A program made the translations under genes and the position numbers. 64,000 bases of DNA, taken from an uncultured Acidobacteriaceae bacterium (lineage in GTDB: Bacteria; Acidobacteriota; Terriglobia; Terriglobales; Acidobacteriaceae). Positions 21,190 to 32,096 of this stretch are shown here, one piece after another. Below the pieces are notes generated by a model that did not search any database, was not told the origin of the DNA, and was given only the letters and a program-made list of their open reading frames with translations. How positions within the stretch are numbered: the stretch's first letter is position 1; every line of letters starts with the position of its first letter. The DNA lies in contig CAVWJY010000002.1 of assembly GCA_963755245.1 (NCBI GenBank), positions 45,124-109,123 on the forward strand. Reading direction: 5' to 3'.

Positions 21190-22641
21190 TTACCTTATCG
21201 CAGGACGAGGCGCTGTGGGCGGTCGCTGCTCGGTGGGGGAGGCAGCGAGTCGGACGAGGAAGGTGGCGCCTTCGCCACGCTGCGCGGAGGGCTGGTAGTC
21301 GAGTTCGCCGCGGAAGGAGCGCATGAGGGAGCGGGAGATGCAGAGGCCGAGGCCGGAGGTGCCGGTGTGGGGCTGGAAGGGGCGGAAGAGGAGCTCGGGG
21401 TGGGCGACGCCTTCGCCGTTGTCGATGACGGCGATGCAGACGTGGTCGGGTGCCTGGGTGACGCGGAAGGTGAGTGTGGGGTGGGGCGTCTGCTCGAGCG
21501 CGCGGGCGCTGTTGCGGACGAGGTTGAGGAAGACCTGGGTGAGGCTGTGGCGGTCGGCCCAGACGGCGGGCAGGGGGGAGGGGAGGTCCCAGTGGACGGC
21601 GATCTCGGCCTCGAGGAGGGCGGGTTCGACGACGATGCGGAGCTCCTCGAGGAAGGAGGCGAGATCGATGCTGGTGGCGAACTCGGAGGTCTCGCGAAGG
21701 TCGAGGGAGGCGATCTTTTCGAGGGCGAGGACGAGGGTGCCGAGAGCTTCGAAGTCGGGGTGGCGGGCGAGGCCGGCGGAGCGGACCAGGTTTTGATGGA
21801 CCAGGGCGATGGCGCCGCAGACGTTGCGAATCTCGTGCGAGATGGCGGTGACGACGATGCGGGAGCCGGAGAGGAGCTGCTGCAGGGCGTCTTCTTCGCG
21901 ATCGCGGAAGTCCTCGGAGGAGTCGACGATCATGGCGGAGATGCGGGGGCCGAGGCTGGTCTTGTAGGTGGAAAACCAGACGTCGGCGATGAAGAGGCTG
22001 CCGTCGGCGCGGTGGCCCTTGCACTGCATGAGGGTGCGGAAGCCGCGATCGCTTTCGCGCAGGTGGGGGACGGTGGCGAAGGAGGGCAGAAGGAGGTTGA
22101 TGGGGGTGCCTTTGAAGGCTTCGGCGGAGGCTCCGAAGAGGCGGTGGGCGGCCTCGTTGGCGAGCAGGATGTGGCCCTCGCCGTCGGCGCTGACGATGGC
22201 GACGGGGCTGGTTTCGATGAGGTGCTGGAGCTGCTCCTCGAGGCCGCGGCGGACGGTCATCTCGGCCTCAAGCTGGCGGAGATGGGAGGCGGAGAGCTGG
22301 CGGCTGAGGTTGACCTCGTAGACGAAGGAGCCGATGCCGGCGAAGGCGGCGAAGTAGAGCATGTCGCGGGGCAGGCCGGTGCTGAGGTTCCAGTCGTAGC
22401 CGTCGAACTGCTCGGACAACAACATGCAGAGCAGGGAGAGGAGGAGGATCTGATAGCGCTGGAGCGAGCGGCTGGCGAGGAGGATGGGGAAGAGATAGAG
22501 GAAGCCGAGTGGGACCTCGGCGGAGATCTTCCAGTCGGCGATGGAGATGGAGGCGATGATGAGGCCGACGCGGAGGAGGAGAGCGATTTGGCTGCGGCCG
22601 AAGAGGAACCATCGCAGGCCGGATTGAAGACGGTCAAACAC
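21190..22641 (-). CDS. Membrane PAS sensor histidine kinase
   Basis: N-terminal TM helices, PAS (LIETSPVAIV..ANEAA), ISHEIRN H-box, QVFLNLVRNS, DNGEG, GLGL. Confidence 0.9.
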   Translation of the reverse strand: MFDRLQSGLRWFLFGRSQIALLLRVGLIIASISIADWKISAEVPLGFLYLFPILLASRSLQRYQILLLSLLCMLLSEQFDGYDWNLSTGLPRDMLYFAAFAGIGSFVYEVNLSRQLSASHLRQLEAEMTVRRGLEEQLQHLIETSPVAIVSADGEGHILLANEAAHRLFGASAEAFKGTPINLLLPSFATVPHLRESDRGFRTLMQCKGHRADGSLFIADVWFSTYKTSLGPRISAMIVDSSEDFRDREEDALQQLLSGSRIVVTAISHEIRNVCGAIALVHQNLVRSAGLARHPDFEALGTLVLALEKIASLDLRETSEFATSIDLASFLEELRIVVEPALLEAEIAVHWDLPSPLPAVWADRHSLTQVFLNLVRNSARALEQTPHPTLTFRVTQAPDHVCIAVIDNGEGVAHPELLFRPFQPHTGTSGLGLCISRSLMRSFRGELDYQPSAQRGEGATFLVRLAASPTEQRPPTAPRPAIR

Positions 22642-22719
22642 GATTTCAGGGTATCAGCGGGGTGTGTGGGATGGGGATGGAGTAGCCAGAAGATAGTGGG
22701 CGCTTTCTGGAGCGAGAAC

Positions 22720-22786
22720 GAAATACAGGGATCTCTCCACTGCGCAGCGGACGATGAAACTGTCCGCTGCTTCGGTCGAGATGACG
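22720..22786 (+). repeat. CGTC-type palindromic repeat, A unit
   Basis: AAATACAGGGATCTCTCCACTGCGCAGCGGACGATGAAACTGTCCGCTGCTTCGGTCGAGATGACG. Confidence 0.85.
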
Positions 22787-22831
22787 TGCTGGTCATTTCT
22801 TGAATGAGGTCGATGCACTCTAGAGGATTCG

Positions 22832-25072
22832 TCAGAGGGATTCGTCGAGGGTGAGGGCGTCGATCTTGTTGCTGAGGTCCTGCTGGGCGGATTGGCGCTG
22901 CTGGTTGAGGGCGTCGAGATCCTTGCGGAGGGTGGCCAGGGTGTCTTCCTGCTGGAGAAGCTCGTCGGTGTAGCGTTTGGCGAGGGGGCGGGCCTCGGCG
23001 TCGGGGGTGGACTTGAGGGCGGTGAGGTTGTCGCGCAGGCGGGACTGGTCCTTGGCGATGTCGTCGAGGGACTGTTGCTTGGCGGCGATCTGCTGATCGA
23101 GCGCGACGACCGCGCGCTTGGCCTGGAAGACGGGTTCGAGCTGCTGCAGGACGGCTGGGCTGGCGTTGGCGTTCCTGAGGAGCAGGGTGAGTTGGTCGTC
23201 GGTGGTGTCGGTGAGGCGGTAGAGCTGGTTGAGGGTGCGGCGCTCGCCGATGTGGAGGCGGACGGTCTCGCCGGGCTGGGTGGCGACGCGGAAGCGGTGC
23301 TCGGTGGGGGTGGACTCGAAGGGCTTGGGGTCGGAGTCGATGGTCCAGCCGGGGCGGGCGGGGTGCTCGACGACGACGATGCGGGGCTCGGGAGCGGCGT
23401 TGTGGACGAGGTACTCGACCTCGGCGATGACGGCGGTGGTCTCCTTGAGGACGCCTTTGCTGATGGTGAGGTGCTGGACGCGTTGGGTGTCGTTGTGGTG
23501 GTCGACGGTGACGCGGACGGCCTGGTCGGCGGCGTAGGAGAGGAGGCGGCGCTCGTTGGGGTGGATGGGGTCGAGGAGGCCTTCGCCGCCGAAGCTGCCG
23601 TCCTCGACGATGGTGAAGGAGCCGCGGTCGAGGGTGAGGTTGGAGGTGTTGGTGATCCAGAGAGCGCGCAGGGCCTGGGGTTGGCGGGGAGACCAGAGGG
23701 TGACGCGCTCGGCGTCGACCTTGGTCTGGAGGATGGGGACCAGCGCGGACTGGTTGCGGCGAATGGTGATGGGCTGGGTGAGGTTGTAGGCGAAGTAGTC
23801 GTCGAAGGCGCGGGTGGTGGTGTCGGGAGCGATGGAGTCGGCGGCGGTGGTCTCGTAGGGGACGGGGGCGAGCCAATCTGCTCGCTGAGGGCATTCGTGT
23901 TGGGCGAAGGGACGCGGTTCGCCATGCCGCCGCATGATGCCGCCGGGGACGCCGTTGCCGCTGCCCATGCCGGCCTGCCGGGGCCGCCGTTGCTGTCCGC
24001 CATGCCGGCCATTCCGGCTACGCCGGCTTGAGCCTCTGCGGTGGGCGGAGGGCCGTCGTGGGTCGATGGACTCGCCGCTGTCGTGGGTCTGGGGGGTGAG
24101 CTGGGCCTCCTGGGGGAGGGGGATCTCGGGGCGGCGGCCGTAGTAGGGGACCGAGAGGGGCTGGATGAAGCTCTGCGGGGAGCCGGCGATGAGGGAGAGC
24201 TGGACGTTGATCCAGTCGGAGCCGGTGGTGTTGTCGATGACGGACCAGCCTTGCAGGGTGGCGGTCTGGGTGCTGGCTGGGGTGTCGGCGGCGTGGGCTG
24301 CGCCGGTGAAGAGGATGCGGTAGGTGGACTTCCAGATGGGGACCTCGGAGAGGTAGGAGACCTGGAGGCTGCGGGTGCCGGAGCCGGTGTCGGTGAGGGT
24401 GAGGCGGCGGAGGCCCTGGTTGCGGTTGGCGTCGAGGAGCTCGAGGTAGTGGTTGACGTCGGTGTGGAGGGTGGTGTCGAGGAGGCGGACCTGGGTGGCG
24501 CCGGTGAGCTCGAAGGTGCGGACGGCGCCGGTGTCGGAGACGACGGTGAGGAAGGGGCGCTGGACGATGGTGGTGGCGTCGCCGGCGCGTTGGGTGGTGT
24601 CGCGCATCTCGAGATCGAGGAGGCGGCCGGTGAGGGTGGGACCGGCGCCGGAGTGGACTTCGACGCGGGCGCCGCGGACGGCGGTGTAGAAGTCGGCGGC
24701 GGTGACGGCGCTGCCGTCCTGACCGAGGGCGAAGGGGAGGGACTTGAGCTGCTGATCGAGCGGGGTGGTGGAGTTGTAGTCGGCTCCGGAGATGCGGCCG
24801 CCGTTGCGGTCGATGGCGGTGAGGGACTGGAGGACGTCGTTGAGCTGGGCGGTGGTGAAGGCGATGGTGACGGTCTGGTCGCCGGTGACGCGGCCGGTGT
24901 GCTCGAAGAAGCCGACGCCGTTCTTGTAGAGGGAGACGTGGGTGATGGGGAGCTCGTCGGTCGGCGGTGCGGGCGGTTTGGTGGTCGCGATGGCGGCGTG
25001 GGGCTTGGTCTGGGCGGGGGAGATCGTGGGGACGAGAAGGCAGACGAGGGCAGGGATCGCGAGTGTGCGCAC
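22832..25072 (-). CDS. DUF4139/DUF4140-like secreted protein with C-terminal coiled coil
   Basis: Signal peptide. LPITHVSLYKNGVGFFE, YLSEVPIWKSTYR, DNTTGSDW, ITIRRNQSALVPI motifs. Local compensating frameshifts at ~23880-24060. Confidence 0.8.
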   Translation of the reverse strand: MRTLAIPALVCLLVPTISPAQTKPHAAIATTKPPAPPTDELPITHVSLYKNGVGFFEHTGRVTGDQTVTIAFTTAQLNDVLQSLTAIDRNGGRISGADYNSTTPLDQQLKSLPFALGQDGSAVTAADFYTAVRGARVEVHSGAGPTLTGRLLDLEMRDTTQRAGDATTIVQRPFLTVVSDTGAVRTFELTGATQVRLLDTTLHTDVNHYLELLDANRNQGLRRLTLTDTGSGTRSLQVSYLSEVPIWKSTYRILFTGAAHAADTPASTQTATLQGWSVIDNTTGSDWINVQLSLIAGSPQSFIQPLSVPYYGRRPEIPLPQEAQLTPQTHDSGESIDPRRPSAHRRGSSRRSRNGRHGGQQRRPRQAGMGSGNGVPGGIMRRHGEPRPFAQHECPQRADWLAPVPYETTAADSIAPDTTTRAFDDYFAYNLTQPITIRRNQSALVPILQTKVDAERVTLWSPRQPQALRALWITNTSNLTLDRGSFTIVEDGSFGGEGLLDPIHPNERRLLSYAADQAVRVTVDHHNDTQRVQHLTISKGVLKETTAVIAEVEYLVHNAAPEPRIVVVEHPARPGWTIDSDPKPFESTPTEHRFRVATQPGETVRLHIGERRTLNQLYRLTDTTDDQLTLLLRNANASPAVLQQLEPVFQAKRAVVALDQQIAAKQQSLDDIAKDQSRLRDNLTALKSTPDAEARPLAKRYTDELLQQEDTLATLRKDLDALNQQRQSAQQDLSNKIDALTLDESL

Positions 25073-25153
25073 GGGCGGAACCTTTCGTACGGCAGGAGTG
25101 CGTGCGATTGCTGCGTAGATAGACTCCGGCGAGGTGGGAAAGGTTCCTGAGAG

Positions 25154-25185
25154 GCAGGGATCAGGGATTAGGGATCAGGGATCAG
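25154..25185 (+). repeat. Heptamer tandem repeat (AGGGATY)x4
   Basis: gcAGGGATC-AGGGATT-AGGGATC-AGGGATC-agg. Confidence 0.6.
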
Positions 25186-25196
25186 GTGGGGCGCTT

Positions 25197-25352
25197 GGGG
25201 ACTTCTCCCCCCTCCCCTGCGTAAGTCCAAAAGTCTAGATGCGGAAGGACTTAAGTCCAAACGAAGGATGGACTTCGGACGGGCGGTTTCTCGGTTGAGA
25301 AAGAACTGGGCTTTGGGGGAGGGGAGTCTTAATTTTATCAGTGGTGTCAAGG
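25197..25352. repeat. Short element with CCCCCTCCCC/GGGGGAGGGG inverted ends, related to the 265-nt family
   Basis: GACTTCTCCCCCCTCCCC ... GGGGGAGGGGAGTC. Internal AAGTC-N-GGACTTAAGTCC palindromic box. Confidence 0.45.
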
Positions 25353-25397
25353 GATTCGTTTGCGCTCGCCGTGGTGGCATCGTTCAGAGCGAAAAGC

Positions 25398-25465
25398 AAA
25401 ATACGGAGGGTCTCTCCACTGCGCGCCGGACGATGATGCCGTCCGGCGCTTCGGTCGAGATGACG
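25398..25465 (+). repeat. CGTC-type palindromic repeat, A unit
   Basis: Same outer arms as other A units. Inner stem variant GCGCCGGAC/GTCCGGCGC. Confidence 0.85.
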
Positions 25466-25586
25466 CTTTCGGGGGCGCTTGTGGTCGCGATGACGTTTTA
25501 TCGTGTACGGGGCTAACGGCGGGGTTGTGCGGAGGCGTGGCTTTGCGCTGGGAGCTTGGTGGCGGAAAGCGGCTTGGTGCGGGAGG

Positions 25587-26201
25587 CTATTTGGTGGCGA
25601 AGTCGGGTCCGAAGTAGCAGAGCTCGACGAGCATGCAGAAGATGTGCTCGAGGGCGAGGTGGGACTCCTGGATGTTCATGGTGACGGTGGAGGGGATGAT
25701 GATGTTGAGGTCGCAGAGCTGGGCCATCTGGCCGCCGCCGTTGCCGGTGAAGCCGACCGTGGTGAGGCCCTGCTCGCGGGCCTGATGGAGGGCGGCGAGG
25801 ATGTTCTTCGAGTTGCCCGAGGTGGAGATGCCGAGGAAGACGTCGCCGGGGGCGCCGAGGGCTTCGATCTGCCGGGAGAAGATGGTGTCGAAGGAGAAGT
25901 CGTTGCCGATGGCGGTGAGGATGGAGGTGTCGGTGGTGAGGGCGATGGCGCGCAGGGCGGGACGGTTGGCGCTGAGACGGACGACGAACTCGGCGACGAG
26001 GTGCTGGGCGTCGGCTGCGGAGCCTCCGTTGCCCGCGACGAGGAGCTTGCCGCCGGCCTTCATGGAGGCGGCGGTGAGCTCGGCGAGGCGGACGAGGGTG
26101 GAGGCGATGGAGGCGTCCGCAAGCACCGCCTGCAGGGTGGCGACGGACTGCGCGAGCTGCTTGTGTACGACGGCCGTCAGCGAGGTCTCAGAGAGGTTCA
26201 C
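25587..26201 (-). CDS. gmhA: D-sedoheptulose-7-phosphate isomerase
   Basis: GNGGSAADAQH, AIGNDF, ISTSGNS and IQESH motifs. Confidence 0.93.
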   Translation of the reverse strand: MNLSETSLTAVVHKQLAQSVATLQAVLADASIASTLVRLAELTAASMKAGGKLLVAGNGGSAADAQHLVAEFVVRLSANRPALRAIALTTDTSILTAIGNDFSFDTIFSRQIEALGAPGDVFLGISTSGNSKNILAALHQAREQGLTTVGFTGNGGGQMAQLCDLNIIIPSTVTMNIQESHLALEHIFCMLVELCYFGPDFATK

Positions 26202-26289
26202 GCTGACAGTTTATATGGTCGGAGGGGTGGGCTGTATCGGCGCCGGGCTTCGCGGGCTTGCCGGTTTGGTGGGGCTTGCCGGTGCGAGC

Positions 26290-26356
26290 AAAATACCGGG
26301 GTCTCTCCACTGCGCAGCGGACGATGAAACTGTCCGCTGCTTCGGTCGAGATGACG
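26290..26356 (+). repeat. CGTC-type palindromic repeat, A unit
   Basis: Near-identical to 22720-22786. Confidence 0.85.
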
Positions 26357-26415
26357 TTCTTGATGACTGACCTGCGAAGAGCGCTCTTGAGCGGTCGTAC
26401 TCTGTCGATTGCTGC

Positions 26416-26796
26416 TTAGCGGAGGTAGGCGTCGTTTTTGTCGATCCAGTCCTGGCGCGGCGGGGAGAAGATGTCGAAGTCGATGGTGTCTTCGAGGGCC
26501 TCGGCGGAGTGGGGGAGGTTGGCGGGGATGATGAGGATGCCGCCCGCGTTGACGATGTGGATCTGGGGCTCGTCGCCGGGGTAGCCGAGGGTGAACTTGA
26601 GGGAGCCCTTCTCGATGTAGGCGAGCTGCTCGTTGGGGTGGGAGTGGGTGGGGACGATGCAGCCCTTGGCGAGCTCGAGGCGGGCGAGCATGGCTTCGGC
26701 GCCGGTGACGTACTGGCGGACGATGCTGGGGTTGAGCTGCTCGCGGAGGACTTCGTTCCAGCTGTGGAGGGTGGCTTGGGCGTTGCGGTCGGACAT
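26416..26796 (-). CDS. Cupin_2 domain protein (KdgF-like)
   Basis: VPTHSHPNEQ, IPANLPHSAEALED and DIFSPPRQDW motifs. Confidence 0.85.
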   Translation of the reverse strand: MSDRNAQATLHSWNEVLREQLNPSIVRQYVTGAEAMLARLELAKGCIVPTHSHPNEQLAYIEKGSLKFTLGYPGDEPQIHIVNAGGILIIPANLPHSAEALEDTIDFDIFSPPRQDWIDKNDAYLR

Positions 26797-27155
26797 GAGG
26801 AAAGACCTTTTGAGGCTGAGTTGGCGCGAGGTGCTCGGCTTGGCGGCCGGAACAAGATGCGGGCATCGCCGAAACAATAGATGCGCTCTTGCCGGAATGG
26901 GGCTACTGTTGCCGGAGCGGAGTCGTGCCTTGAAGATGAGTGTAGACCAGAGCAAGGGGTGTTCGAGAGGATTACAATCGAACAGTTCCAGATACTTAGG
27001 TGGTAGGCAGGGCTTGTGCGGGGAATACAGGGCCCGCTTCACGGTGTGCCGGACGAGGATGCCGTTCGGTGCTCCGGTGCGCCGGACGCGATAGCTTGTC
27101 TCGAAGCGGCTGGCTTGGGGACGAGGTAGCAGGCGTTGATCGGGACAGATGATAG

Positions 27156-27524
<369 letters not shown>

Positions 27525-27538
27525 GGCTGTCGAGGGTG

Positions 27539-30127
27539 TCAGTCGGCGAGGAGCTGGCGGACGGCGGCTTCGAGGCGCGCGGTGAGCTGCTCGGGGGCGG
27601 CGGTGGGGTCGGGTGGGATGGGGGTGCCGACGCGGATGGCGAGGCGGCCGGAGCGGAACCAGCGTTTGCGGGCGCGAGCCTCGTGCAGGCCGAGGAGGGC
27701 TACGGGGAGGATGGGGACCTGGGACTGCTGGGCGAGCAGGCCGATGCCGGGGCGGAAGGGGTGGAGGCTGGCCGTCGTGGCTGCGGGTGCCTTCGGGGAA
27801 GATGAGGACGGAGTAGCCGCGGTCGAGGGCGTCGCCGGCGTGGGCGAAGGCGCTGCGGAAGCCGCGCAGGCGGGGAAGCGGGAAGACGTTGAAGAGGGCG
27901 GTCAGGAGCCAGTAGGCGAGCGGGGCGAGGGCGTTGAGGAACGCGTTGTCCTGGTTGCGGGCGTGGCGGAGGTCCTGGAGCATCTCGCCGGACATGGCGA
28001 CGGCGACGTGGCGGCGGAGCTTGGGTGGGAGCGCGTAGAGGACCAGCGCGCCGTCGTAGGCGGTGACGTGGTTGGCGATGATCAGGAAGGGGCTGTTCGG
28101 GGGCTCGGCGGTGGGGCTGGGGGTGACGCGGGGGGCGGCGAGGAGCCAGACCAGCGGGCGCGCGATGATTTCGAGAAAGGCGACGCGGAGGGCTTGGATG
28201 GGACGGGTCCACGGCCAGCGGGGGTAGGTTGGGGCTTCGTCGGGTTCGGGCTGGGGGAATGCTTGGGATGGGTGGGGTGGGCGTGGCTGGTGGGTTCGGG
28301 GGAGTGGTGGTTGAGGAGGGCGCGGAGGGCGCCGAGGGTGGGGACGGTGGCGATGACGTCGTCGGTTAGCTCGGCGCCGAGGCGCTGCTCGAGGGCGGAC
28401 TGCAGCTGCACGCGGCCGAGGCTGTCGAGGTGCAGGTCCTCGGAGAGGCGGAGGTGGTTGGGGTCGGTGGTGGCGGGGGGCTGCTCGCCGGTGATCTCGG
28501 CGATGAGATGGAGCAGGGGATCTTCGGCGTGGGGTTGCCGGGGCGGATTTGTTGGCGGCCAGGGTGGCGCAGGCCCAGGCGGCGACGGTGCGGCGGAGGA
28601 GCTTGCCGGTGGAGGTGTAGGGGAGCTGCAGCTCGGGCCAGCGGAGGACGCGGCGGATCTGCTGGAAGTCGGCGAGGGTGCGGTTGGCCTGGGCGACGGC
28701 GGTTTGTAGCTGCGGATCGCTGCTTTCGGAGAGGACGACGGCGACGGGCTCGGGGCCGGCGGGGGTGGGGCAGGGGACGACGACGCAGGCGCGGATGCCG
28801 GGCTGGGTGGCGAGCGCGGCCTCGAGGTCGGCGGGGTGGATGTTGAGGCCGGCGCTGGTGACGATGAGGTCGCTGCTGCGGCCGAGGAAGCGGAGCTCGC
28901 CGGTGGCGTCCTGGGTGGCGAGGTCGCCGGTGGCGAGCCACTCGGCTTCCTCTCCTGACGCAGCGGGGGTGCATGGCGCCGGAGTGCCAGGTGGAGCGGG
29001 CGAGCATGTCGCCCTTGACGAGGATCTCGCCTTGGTCGGTGATGCGGACCTCGCGGCCGGGGAGGGGCTTGCCGATGGTGCCGTGGCCGATGCGGAAGGG
29101 ATGGTTGAGGGTGACGAGGGCGGTGGTCTCGGTGAGGCCGTAGCCCTGGATGACGGCGAAGCCGATGCGGTTCCAGAAGGATTCGAGGTCGGTGGGGAGG
29201 GTGGCGCCGCCGGAGATGACGGCCCAGAACTTCCATCCCAGGGCGTTGTGGACGGCGCGGAAGAACCACCAGCGCTTCCAGATGGGGAGGGACTTGGCGG
29301 GCTCGAGTTCGGACGCGAGGGTGGGGAAGCGGGTGAGGAGATGGGCGCGGAGGAGCTGCAGGACGCGGGGGACGGCGATGAGGACGGAGATGCGCTCGCG
29401 GTGGATGAGGTGGATCATGCGGGCGGGATCGAGCTGGTCGGTGAGGTGGAGCTCGGCGGCGAGGATGGCGGGGATCCAGAGGCCCATGAACTGGCCGAAG
29501 ACGTGGCTGAGAGGGAGGGTGTGGAGGAAGCGGAGGGGGTGGAACCAGCGCTCGTAGCGGCGGTAGCGGGCGATCTCGTTCTCGATGGGCTGGAGGCTGG
29601 CGAGGACGTTGCCGTGGGTGTGGACGATGCCCTTGGGGTCGTTGGTGGTGCCGGAGGTGAAGACGATCTGGAAGGGGGTGTCGAGGGTGACGGCGGGGTG
29701 GACGGTGTAGTTGGGGGCGGCGGGGAGGTGGGTGGCGAGGTCTTCGAGGGCGAGGCGGTCGGCGGTGGTGGGCGGGGAGGGTTTCGAGGAGGGTGCGGTC
29801 GCCGAGGATGAGTTTGGGGGTGGTGTCGGCGAGGACGCGGGCGGCGAAGGCGGGGGAGCCGGCGGCGTCGAGGGGGACGACGAGGACGCCGCGGAGGAGG
29901 CAGGCGAAGAAGACGGCGATCCAGGCGGCGGAGTTTTCGCCCCAGAGGAGGAGGCGGTCGCCGGGGGCGAGGGCGCGGCGGTCGAGCTCGGCGGCGATGC
30001 GGCCGGTGAGGGTGGCGAGCTGGCCGTAGGTGGTGGGGTAGCGGCGGTTGCCGCGGTGGGCGACGACGGCGATCTCCGATGGGTGCAGGAGGAAGTCTGC
30101 GACGAGACTGGCGAGGTGGGGGCGCAC
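27539..30127 (-). CDS. Fused acyl-CoA/AMP ligase + ACP + PlsC-type acyltransferase, frameshifted
   Basis: FTSGTTNDPKG, QGYGLTET and TGD motifs. ACP LHLDSLG. Acyltransferase NHVTAYD and FPEGTRS. Confidence 0.85.
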
Positions 30128-30210
30128 GCACCGATGATAGCCGCAGCGGCGGGGCTTGCATCCAAGAGCGCAGGACGGGTTTGGTGGTTCGGGGTTGCGT
30201 TGGAGGAAGG

Positions 30211-30274
30211 CGGTCTCGCTGCGCTCGATGCCCACCTTAGCGACGATGAGGCCGTCGCGAAGATGGGGCACCCG
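30211..30274 (+). repeat. Palindromic repeat, D unit
   Basis: CGGTCTCGCTGCGCTCGATGCCCACC..GCGACGATGAGGCCGTCGCGAAGATGGGGCACCCG. Confidence 0.8.
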
Positions 30275-30394
30275 GTTCGTATGTACGAGTTCTGGGTCAA
30301 AAGGTGTGAGCGGTGGAGGATGCAGATGATCGCTGCGTAGGATGACAGGCAGACGACGGCGGCAGCGGCCAGGCAGTGGTTGGTGGATGAACCG

Positions 30395-32007
30395 ATGCGC
30401 ATGGCCAGCATCCGGCGGATCTCGATTGGTTTGATCCGCGGGGTGGGTTTGCGGACCACTTGATTGCGCGATGGCTGTTTCTGCGGGCGCTGGGGGTGAT
30501 CTACTTTTCGGCGTTCTTCGCGCTGGTGTATCAGGTGCGGGGGCTGATTGGGACGGCAGGGGATTCTGCCGGCGGAGGAGTTTCTGCGGTCGCTGCATCG
30601 GCTTGGGTGGCTGCGGTTCTGGTATGCGCCGACGCTGCTGTGGCTCTCGGGGAGCGATGCGTGGCTGATGATGGTGTGCTGGGCGGGGTTGATCGCCTCG
30701 CTGCTGGTGCTGGCGGACATCTGGCCGCGGCCGATGCTGCTGGTGTGTTTTCTGAGCTTCCTGTCGTTTGTGGCGGCGGCCGGGGAGTTCTCCGGGTATC
30801 AGTCGGATGGGATGCTGCTGGAGGCGGGATTTCTGTCGCTGTTTCTGGCGCCGGATGGCGTGCTGCCGGGATTGGGCGAGAGGCAGCCGGGGTCGCGGGC
30901 GGCGATGTTTCTGCTGCTGTGGGAGTGGTTTCGGATCTACTTCGAGTCTGGGGTGGTGAAGCTCGCGAGCGGCGATCCGACGTGGCGCAATCTGACCGCG
31001 CTGTATGAGTACTACCAGAATGGGCCGCTGCCGACGTGGATTGGATGGTATCTGCAGCATCTGCCGCACTGGTTTCATATTGTGACGGCTGGGGCGACGC
31101 TGGCGATGGAGCTGGTGCTGGTGTGGATGGCGTTTCTGGGGCGGCGCTGGCGGATTGTCTGCTTCTTTGTGGTGACGGCGTGGCAGATTGGGGTGATCGC
31201 GACGGCGAACTATGCGTTTCTGAACTACCTGGTGCTGGCGCTGGCGGTGTTTCTGCTGGATGATGCGTTTTTTGCGAGGATCCTTCCGGTGCGGTGGCGG
31301 AGCGACGATGCTCTGATGTCCGTGGACGAGGAGACGTTGCGCGAGGTGGAGGAGAGCGAGGCGGAGACACGCGTGGTTCGCGGGTGGGAGGCGGTGGGGA
31401 TTGGGGCGCGGGTGGTGGTGCTTGCGTGGGTTGGGTATGCGGCGACGGTGCCGCTGCTGCAGATGTTCTGGCGCGCGGTGCCAGTGCCGGAGTGGCCGGT
31501 GGCGTGGCTGGAGCCGCTGCGGATCGCGAATCCGTATGGGCTGTTTGCGGTGATGACGCCGCACCGGTATGAGATCGAGTTTCAGGGGTCGCAGAATGGA
31601 ACCGATTGGGTTGCGTATCGGTTTCGCTACAAGCCGCAGGCGGTGAACGAGCGGCCACGGATCTATGCGCCGTATCAGCCGCGCTTCGACTGGAACCTGT
31701 GGTTCGCCTCGCTGGGAGGCTGGCGGGAGTATCCGTGGGTGGCGCGGACCGAGGAGCTGCTGCTGGAGAACGATCCGGCGGTGCTGGGGCTGTTTGCGGG
31801 GAATCCGTTTCCGGGGGCGCCTCCGCGGATGGTACGGGCGGTGCTGTGGCAGTACTGGTTCAGCACGCCGGAGGAGAAACGGCGCAGGGGGTGTGGTGGA
31901 CGCGGAGGCTGGTGGGAGGCTATGCGCCGACGTTGGTGCGGCTGCCGGAGGGAGGGTTTGGGATTGTGGGGACGGATCTGCCGGCGAGCGGGGAGCTGCG
32001 GCGGTGA
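30395..32007 (+). CDS. Lipase maturation factor (LMF1) family membrane protein, frameshifted
   Basis: RWLFLRALGVIY, YQSDGMLLEAGF, GVVKLASGDPTW, NYAFLN, NPYGLFAVMT, PYQPRFDWNLWFA. Start approximate. Confidence 0.88.
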
Positions 32008-32010
32008 TCG
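31918..32010 (+). repeat. Left copy of ~90-bp imperfect direct repeat (3' end of lmf gene)
   Basis: TGGTGCGGCTGCCGGAGGGAGGGTTTGG...GACGGATCTGCCGGCGAGCG.GGAGCTGCGGCGG recurs at 32922-33017. Confidence 0.85.
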
Positions 32011-32096
32011 AAATTGTTCTAGGATGGTCGCAGTTTGTTAAGGATCGCGGGTCTGAAGGTCTCATCGAGGGGGTGCATTCCCAGCGAGGGTGCGCC

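Noticed and set aside
22720-22786. GATGA...GAAAC in repeat loops resembling a hammerhead ribozyme core
   Set aside because: No CUGANGA-stem II-GAAA arrangement: the motif is contiguous within one loop.
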